A stretch of DNA of 63,013 nucleotides, filler included, from Candidatus Babelota bacterium (GTDB lineage Bacteria; JAGOBX01): NCBI GenBank assembly GCA_017999075.1. It is 7 parts of 7 records of this genome, joined end to end, with 100 filler letters (N's around TTAATTAATTAA, not from the genome) between each part and the next. Parts side by side here need not be neighbours in the genome. Positions count along the whole stretch, not along the records: positions 54,167 to 63,013 come from JAGOBX010000123.1; 6 more parts are not named here. One strand, 5' to 3'. A program made the position numbers and the translations under genes. Positions 60,822-63,013 of the stretch are shown piece by piece. How positions within the stretch are numbered: position 1 is the first letter of the stretch; every line of letters starts with the position of its first letter. The notes under the pieces are model-generated. The model was not told where the DNA came from. It searched no databases and was given only the letters and a program-made list of their open reading frames with translations.

Positions 60822-62250
60822 TTCAGATGAAATTAAATTTATTGATACTTCTCTCGGCGATGAAACCGGCAGGGTTTTTATATGGGAAAATCGCGTTTTC
60901 AGAGCTATACGCAACGATTCTTCAGAACGTGTTAAAGAACTTTTTTCCTGCGGATTGTTATATGAACTTATATCAAAAAAAATGTTTCCTGAATCAACCA
61001 TAACCGAATACGAGATTGAGAATTATTCGCTGATAATAGAGCATAATAAAATTTCGTTTGTCACTTATCCGTATGAATGGAGCTGGTCAATGCTGAAAGA
61101 CGCAGCCTCTTTAATAATTGAAATAAACATTGTATGCATGAAATACGGATATCAGACTAAAGACTGCCATTCATACAATATTTTATTTGATGGAAGCCGC
61201 CCCAAATTTGTTGATCTTGGAAGTTTTGTAAAACGTAATAACAAAGATTCGGGTTGGAATGCGTATGAGCAATTTCTGCAATATTATTACTATCCTCTTA
61301 AAATCTGGGGAAACGGAAACATGTTTATAGCTAAAGCAGTATTATCAGAATTGTATGAAATGCCTCATTATGAATACTGGTATTATAAATTTCCTGTTAT
61401 ACGTTTTTTTAAAGTTGCTAAAATACGCAGGATAATAGAATTATGTTTTAAACTTAGAAAAATATCAGTGATAGCAAGACGTGAGAACTATAATACTAAA
61501 AAATATGCAGGATTTTTAAAAATGGCTGTTTTATTTGATAAATTGAAAATTCTGCCGTTTCAAAAAATAGATTTTTATAAGATTCAAAATAAACTTGCCA
61601 AATTAACAAATTCAAAATGCGGAGATACGAGATGGTCGGCATACCATAATGCATACAAAGATTCTGCCGGAAATATAATTCCTTCAGAACGATTTAAATT
61701 TGTTATTGACCTGATTTCAAAATATCCTGTTTATTCAGTTGTAGAATTAGCTTGCAATCAAGGTATTTTATCAATATTATTAAGCCGCCTGCCTCAAATA
61801 AAAAAAATTATCGCTACTGATTATGATGCAAACGCAGTAAATGTTTTATATAATTTCTGTTGTAAAAATAAAAACGATTATTATTCAAAAATAACGCCTG
61901 CTGTAATGAACTGTTTTTATCCTGAAATAGTAGGGCTTTGCATAAGACCTGAAATACGGTTTAAATCTGATGTTGTTATTTCATTGGCTCTTACGCATCA
62001 TCTTATTCTTAGGCAGAACATACCGATAGAATATATTTTTAAAACTTTTGCGTTATATACGGATAAATATATAATAACGGAGTTTATGCCTCTTGGAATG
62101 TATGATGGTTCAGAAAGGTCAAAAAAAGTAAAACTTCCTGAATGGTATAATATAGAATGGTTCAGAAATGCATTTAAAAAATATTTTAATTTAGTTATAG
62201 AAGAAAAACTGGAGATAAACCGCATATTATTTTTTGGGGAAAAAATATGA
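60793..62250 (+). CDS. NoeA-like protein: kinase-like N-terminal domain + SAM-methyltransferase-like C-terminal domain
   Basis: TYPYEWSWSMLKDAA, KDCHSYNI and FVDLGSF; C-terminal ELACNQG, LALTHHL and ITEF. The start may be 60811. Confidence 0.72.
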   Translation: MKKEKNMIINSDEIKFIDTSLGDETGRVFIWENRVFRAIRNDSSERVKELFSCGLLYELISKKMFPESTITEYEIENYSLIIEHNKISFVTYPYEWSWSMLKDAASLIIEINIVCMKYGYQTKDCHSYNILFDGSRPKFVDLGSFVKRNNKDSGWNAYEQFLQYYYYPLKIWGNGNMFIAKAVLSELYEMPHYEYWYYKFPVIRFFKVAKIRRIIELCFKLRKISVIARRENYNTKKYAGFLKMAVLFDKLKILPFQKIDFYKIQNKLAKLTNSKCGDTRWSAYHNAYKDSAGNIIPSERFKFVIDLISKYPVYSVVELACNQGILSILLSRLPQIKKIIATDYDANAVNVLYNFCCKNKNDYYSKITPAVMNCFYPEIVGLCIRPEIRFKSDVVISLALTHHLILRQNIPIEYIFKTFALYTDKYIITEFMPLGMYDGSERSKKVKLPEWYNIEWFRNAFKKYFNLVIEEKLEINRILFFGEKI

Positions 62251-62801
62251 TTATAAAAAAAAAAATTATTAAATTTCTGCAAGTGATTTTTCAAATGGTT
62301 TTTTATAAAGTACGCTTTATGTTTAGAAAAATTAATGTTCATTATACATCGGCGGTATCTTTTTCATCACGGCTTAGGCTTATTAATGGTGGCTCAATAA
62401 CTGTAGGAAAAAATTCTGAAATCAGCGGAGCAGTTATTGAAACAAGAGGCGGTTCTATAAAAATCGGAGATTATTGTTTTATAGGGCCCTTTTCAGTAGT
62501 GTATGGACATGGAGGGCTTTCTATAGGAAATTATGTTATGATAGCTGCACATTCAATAATAATACCCGCTAATCATGAAATAAAAAAAAACGGGGAATAT
62601 ATGTATTGGCAGCTTGAAAAACGTAAGGGAATAATAATTGAAGATGATGTTTGGATTGGAGCAGGATGTAAGATTTTGGATGGGGTGACAATTCGTAAAG
62701 GATCTGTTATAGGAGCTGGTTCTGTAGTTACAAAATCAACAGAACCTTATTCGGTAAATGCAGGTGTACCTGCGAAATTTATTAAATACAGGCCTGAATA
62801 A
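62247..62801 (+). CDS. Hexapeptide-repeat (LbH) O-acetyltransferase
   Basis: IIIEDDVWIGAGCKILDGVTI...GAGSVVTK...AGVPAK. Confidence 0.95.
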   Translation: MIIKKKIIKFLQVIFQMVFYKVRFMFRKINVHYTSAVSFSSRLRLINGGSITVGKNSEISGAVIETRGGSIKIGDYCFIGPFSVVYGHGGLSIGNYVMIAAHSIIIPANHEIKKNGEYMYWQLEKRKGIIIEDDVWIGAGCKILDGVTIRKGSVIGAGSVVTKSTEPYSVNAGVPAKFIKYRPE

Positions 62802-62872
62802 AAAATAATATTTTTTGTATGAAAATATAAAAATTAAATTGTTCAGAATGGTATGGTATATAAAAAAATAAT

Positions 62873-63013
62873 ATGAAAAAAATTCTTATAATATTTCCTG
62901 ATGAGTGGGTTGCATATTCTCCCACAATATTGAATTTTATTGAATGTTTTAAAAAATGCGGAGAAACTTCTGTAATTGCATTTGACACTGAAAAATTCAG
63001 TAATAAGGATAAA
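62873..63013 (+). CDS. N-terminal fragment of next glycan-locus gene, probable glycosyltransferase
   Basis: Not in the ORF track. MKKILIIFPDEWVAYSPTILNFIECFKKCGETSVIAFD... stays open to the window end. Confidence 0.6.
   Translation, partial: MKKILIIFPDEWVAYSPTILNFIECFKKCGETSVIAFDTEKFSNKDK

Overview
This AT-rich bacterial window is seven unrelated ~9 kb contigs (1-9014, 9115-18115, 18216-27147, 27248-36135, 36236-45106, 45207-54066, 54167-63013). They are joined in descending size order by artificial 100-nt N44-TTAATTAATTAA-N44 linkers, so gene adjacency across linkers is meaningless. The organism looks diderm (TolC, LpoB-like, DsbD, SprA-like) and probably anaerobic (2[4Fe-4S] ferredoxin, split Fe-S fumarase); I cannot assign a taxon. 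Contig 1 is one >2960-aa secreted protein missed by the ORF track: 7 FG-GAP blades, then 4x beta-helix+FnIII modules, then Ig-like repeats. Contig 2 holds rpsB-tsf-pyrH-frr-ferredoxin, mcsA, nadA, HU and an Ala/Pro repeat lipoprotein. Contig 3 holds infB, a flippase, a small flagellin-C-terminus-like protein behind a consensus sigma28 promoter, and pilD / ferritin-like+FCP1-type phosphatase fusion / DUF4175-like. Contig 4 holds aroA, an NDP-sugar SDR, dsbD, plsC, ftsB and a SprA-like barrel. Contig 5 holds eno, a single-chain eukaryote-like acyl-CoA carboxylase and an LpoB-like pair. Contig 6 holds radical SAM + methyltransferase genes and a TetR-regulated ABC/TolC efflux operon. Contig 7 holds argH, stomatin, dihydropyrimidinase and a surface polysaccharide locus. 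The best novelty candidates are the sigma28-driven mini-flagellin tail, the ferritin-FCP1 fusion, the one-chain carboxylase, and the SprA-like translocon with the giant surface protein. No rRNA, tRNA, CRISPR array or mobile element was recognised. All assignments are by motif recognition, without database searches.
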